DNA from: Azolla caroliniana
Lineage: Eukaryota > Plantae > Polypodiophyta
Length of the DNA: 64,000 nucleotides
Direction of reading: 5' to 3'
Assembly: GCA_043228905.1 (NCBI GenBank)
Contig: JBHGNT010000016.1
Coordinates: 6,138,001 to 6,202,000, forward strand
In this document: positions 60,319 through 64,000 of the stretch, piece after piece
Layout: each line of letters starts with the position of its first letter
How positions within the stretch are numbered: the first letter of the stretch is position 1
Notes under the pieces: generated by a model
Seen by the model: the letters and a program-made list of their open reading frames with translations, nothing else
The model's database searches: none
What the model was told of the DNA's origin: nothing
Made by a program: the position numbers and the translations under genes

Positions 60319-62442
60319 GTGATAGGACAGGGCTTGTACAGGGAAATTCTTGTCTGCACCGCTTTAGTTCATATGTATGCAAGATGCGGAGATTTAAGCA
60401 GGACTAAAACTCTGTTCCTAGGACTTCTTCCTCTTCCTTGTGTATTTGCTCGGTCTGCAATCATGGCAGGATATGTTACATATGGATATCACAAAGAAGC
60501 TTTGGCATGTTTTGAACATATGAAACTAGAAGGGAATATATGCCTTCATTCTGGTGCTTTTTCTAGCTCTCTCAAGGCTTGTGCCAAGACAGGTAACATT
60601 GAAAAGGGCCAAGAGATACATATAGAGATGGTCAAAAGAGAGCTTTTCGAAGGAGATCAAATTCTTTGCAATTCATTGATTCACATGTATGCACAAAACG
60701 GCTGGTTTCTAGAAGCTAAACAAGTCTTTGAAGACGTTCAAGATAAAGATGTGGTCTCATGGGGTGCAGTAATGGCAGGATTTGTAAAGTATGGCCATAA
60801 AGAAGAGATATTGAAATGCCTCACACACATGAGGATCATGGGTATATCTCCAGATTCTGTGGTTTTCATTTGCTGCTTGAAAGCTTGCAGCAACATAGGA
60901 GATATAGAAAGAGGTAGAGAGATGCACCTTGAGATCTCTAAAATGGGCTTATTGGCTCAAAGGGATGCTAATCTTGGCAATGCATTACTCGATTTGTATG
61001 CAAATTGTGGTAGGCTTTTAGAAGCACGGGATGTCTTAGATAAGCTTCAATGCCGAGATGTAGTCTCATGGACTGCATTGATATCTGGGTATACAAAATA
61101 TGGACATTGCAAAGAAGCATTAGAATCTTTCCAAAAGATGAACTTGGAAGGAATATCGGCAAATGCAGTCTCTTTCCTTTGTATCCTGAAAGCTTGTGCT
61201 AGTGCAAATGCCACTAAGGAGGGACAAGAAATACACACCGAAATTGAAAAGAAAGGGCTTCTAGAAAGGAACCCTTCTCTTGGCAACACTTTGGTTTGTA
61301 TGTATGCGGACTGTGGATTACTCATAGAGGCACAGGAAATATTTAATCACCTGCCAATTGTGGACACTGTGTCATGGACAGCATTGATGGGTGGATATAC
61401 AAGGTATGGTTATGGTGAGAAAGCATTGAATTGTTTCAATCAAATGCAAAATGAGGGATTATTTTTAGATGCCATAGCATATGTTTGCTGCTTGAATGCT
61501 TGTGCAACCCTCGAGGCCCTAGATCGGGGCCGAGAAATACATGCCAAGATCTCATGTAATGGATTCATGATAACACATCTCGAGGTTGGCAATACGTTGA
61601 TAGGCATGTATACCAAATGTGGCATGCTTACAGAAGCACAAAAAGTATTCAATGATCTCCCAGTACAAGACACAATATCTTGGAATGCAATGATAGCAGG
61701 TTATGCAAAACATGAGCGAGGTGAGGAGGCATTTTATCTTTTCGAACAAATGCAGCAAAAGGGCATTCCTTTTGATGTTGTTACACTTGTTTGTGGTGTA
61801 AAGACTTGTGGAAGGCTAGGAGCTTCTCAGAAGGGCGAGACATTACACGATGAAATATCGAGGAGAGGTTTGTTAGAAAAGGATCCACTTGTCGGCAATG
61901 CGTTAATCGAGATGTATGCAGAGTGTGGCCTCCTTCCAAAAGCACATCAAGTGTTTGAGGAAATTCCACTTCGTGATATTGTGTCATGGACATTGCTGAT
62001 CACCGGATATGCACAACTAGGAGAAACTAACCAAGTGTTTTCTCTTTTTGATAGAATGAGAGAAGATACTACTCACGATCCAAATCTCATTACTTTTGTC
62101 GGTGTTCTTAATGCATGTAGTCATGGAGGTCTAGTGGACAAGGGCTACATGTGCTTTGAACATATGATCTTAGGTACCAGTAGTCCGAGTCCTACATTGG
62201 AGCACTATTCATGTATGATTGATATGCTTGGTCGTGCTGGCCAACTAGACAAAATGGTAGCCATTGTCGAACATATGCCTCTACATCCTAATCGAGTGGT
62301 ATGGAGTACAATTTTGGGTGCTTGTAGAAAATGGGGTGATATAGAGGTGGGAGGAGAGGCATTTCTACATGCACTAGGACTAGATGATGAGGATGCTGCA
62401 TCTTATGTCAGTATGTCTAACATCTATACATACTCGATATAA
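60319..62442 (+). CDS. PLS-class PPR protein with E domain (no DYW); 5' end uncertain
   Basis: Repeated P-L-S motifs, HYSCMIDMLGRAG, WSTILGACRKWG...YVSMSNIY. PPR-like sequence extends upstream to 60262 behind an in-frame TAA at 60259. Confidence 0.85.
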   Translation: MIGQGLYREILVCTALVHMYARCGDLSRTKTLFLGLLPLPCVFARSAIMAGYVTYGYHKEALACFEHMKLEGNICLHSGAFSSSLKACAKTGNIEKGQEIHIEMVKRELFEGDQILCNSLIHMYAQNGWFLEAKQVFEDVQDKDVVSWGAVMAGFVKYGHKEEILKCLTHMRIMGISPDSVVFICCLKACSNIGDIERGREMHLEISKMGLLAQRDANLGNALLDLYANCGRLLEARDVLDKLQCRDVVSWTALISGYTKYGHCKEALESFQKMNLEGISANAVSFLCILKACASANATKEGQEIHTEIEKKGLLERNPSLGNTLVCMYADCGLLIEAQEIFNHLPIVDTVSWTALMGGYTRYGYGEKALNCFNQMQNEGLFLDAIAYVCCLNACATLEALDRGREIHAKISCNGFMITHLEVGNTLIGMYTKCGMLTEAQKVFNDLPVQDTISWNAMIAGYAKHERGEEAFYLFEQMQQKGIPFDVVTLVCGVKTCGRLGASQKGETLHDEISRRGLLEKDPLVGNALIEMYAECGLLPKAHQVFEEIPLRDIVSWTLLITGYAQLGETNQVFSLFDRMREDTTHDPNLITFVGVLNACSHGGLVDKGYMCFEHMILGTSSPSPTLEHYSCMIDMLGRAGQLDKMVAIVEHMPLHPNRVVWSTILGACRKWGDIEVGGEAFLHALGLDDEDAASYVSMSNIYTYSI

Positions 62443-64000
62443 TAAATTGAAGCTTCAGAATATAAGGTGCCCATCCAGATGTCTTAGGACGACCTCGTGT
62501 TTTTTAGCGTAGAGTGATCACCACCCTTAAACTCTGATGACCTTACAAATATACCTTTGTATCCAAGTCCATATCTTGGTGGTTTGGGTGAGCCTTCGTT
62601 GACTCCATGACTCATAATTGAATCTAATGTTCACGTTAATGATCAGTTGATGTGAAGTTGGCTCATCTCATGTCAATTGTGCAATTGAGTGTTCATATTG
62701 TGACTATGTATGAGAGAAATGTGTCGGGATTAGACTAGATTAATAGTATGTGGAAGGAAAAGTCGAATGTGGTGGAAGGTGGAGCATTATACCAAAGTAT
62801 GACTGAAACTTACAGCAAACCATGCATGGCCAGTCAGTCTCCACACATGTACCCTCACAACACGTTTCACATCGAAGAGAATGTGAGCTAAGTTATATGG
62901 AAGAAATGGTATGCATGGTGGAGGAAGGTATGGAGTCTAGCATGTGTTGGTGAGTAGGTTTTCCTATTTGGAGAAGAAGATAACAGTCTTGAGCTTTGGA
63001 GCAACATATGCAATGTAAAGTGGAGAAATGTGAGCCCCAAATTTCTTCCAAGCAAATGGATTAGGGGTTCTTGCCCTCATCCTATTGTACCTACCATCAA
63101 ATTCCTCTCAAGATGACTTAAGTGGTATTGATCTTCTAATGTAACAACTAATTTATATATATGCTAACATTATATACACCCGAGGTGATACTCCACAAGC
63201 TTAGAAATTTCTTTGCATGCTTACAATTATCAATTATATACTAATTAGTTTGGTTACGACATTTATATCAAAAAGCACAACTCTAATCAAATCATTACCT
63301 ACATATATTGTCTTACGCATCGTAATAGGTGTTGTTGTAATCAATGATTTATTGAACCTTAACTAACCAGCAATTAAATATATGCACGTTTCTTAATTGC
63401 ATTTTAATTGATTCCAAGGGGTTACAAAATGGCCCTACTCAACCCCCTTTGGAAGAGAGAATGGAGATGAATAAAATGCATAACTAGTCAATTAGCAAAT
63501 AGAACTGAGAAAAAGGAGATGAATTGATGATATACTTGCTCAAATGTGGCATTCTAATTTCTTGAGCAATAAACAACTGATGACATGTGTAGAAGTTCTG
63601 AAAAGGTAGTTGGAAACAAGAAAGGAGTTCATGGTAATTAAAAATAAATAAAAATAAACATAGACACAAGTTCAAACCAACATAAACAAAGGAGTTGCAC
63701 CAACATTGATCTGAGGATATATTGTTATATACAATAGTTTGATGTAATATGAGTAATAGTGGTACAAGATAGAACATATAATCAAAAACCAAATGGTACA
63801 AGAGAATGGCACACATGGTGGACGCAGCAGTTCATTGGCGGAACATCTTCTTTGGTTTGATCAATTTACAGTTCCTTATGCCAGTAGTAGTAAAGGAAGG
63901 CTTCTGTTGCCGGCAAAATTCTGTTTTGAGTACTTCACTTTATCCTTGGAAATTCATTGATATATCAGCACATATTGTATCGCGTCATGGACCTCGATTA

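Noticed and set aside
63484-64000. Minus-strand ORF or gene end at the right edge
   Set aside because: No recognisable motifs; more likely UTR or intergenic sequence.

Overview
Repeat-rich nuclear DNA of a land plant. The PLS-type PPR proteins and the retroelement set suggest a fern, but this is inference. Host genes: the 5' part of a BCM1-like CAAX/CPBP gene (minus strand, runs off the left edge), an intronless orphan ORF with an internal repeat (34.9-35.7 kb), a 7-exon BIG BROTHER-RELATED RING-H2 E3 ligase (40.1-42.4 kb), a NUP50/RanBP1-domain gene with a hAT MITE at its 5' end (54.4-56.0 kb), and two head-to-head PLS-E PPR genes (57.3-62.4 kb) with a decayed copy of one at 33.5 kb. Between 6 and 30 kb there is a nested transposon stack. 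An RTEX-like LINE holds a solo LTR and a 3'-deleted Ty3/Gypsy element with an extra ORF, and the Gypsy element holds a young gag-only, tRNA-Trp-primed LTR element. An L1-type LINE holds a Ty1/Copia element, which holds another solo LTR. A second Copia element lies at 46.2-51.7 kb. The most unusual signal is tRNA-like Pol III A-box/B-box modules in the U3 of three different LTR families, each pointing away from the TATA box. Also notable are a dispersed repeat made of two convergent tRNA-like heads, and a shared 4-bp ACGC target duplication for two of these LTR families. All calls were made by eye and no searches were run.
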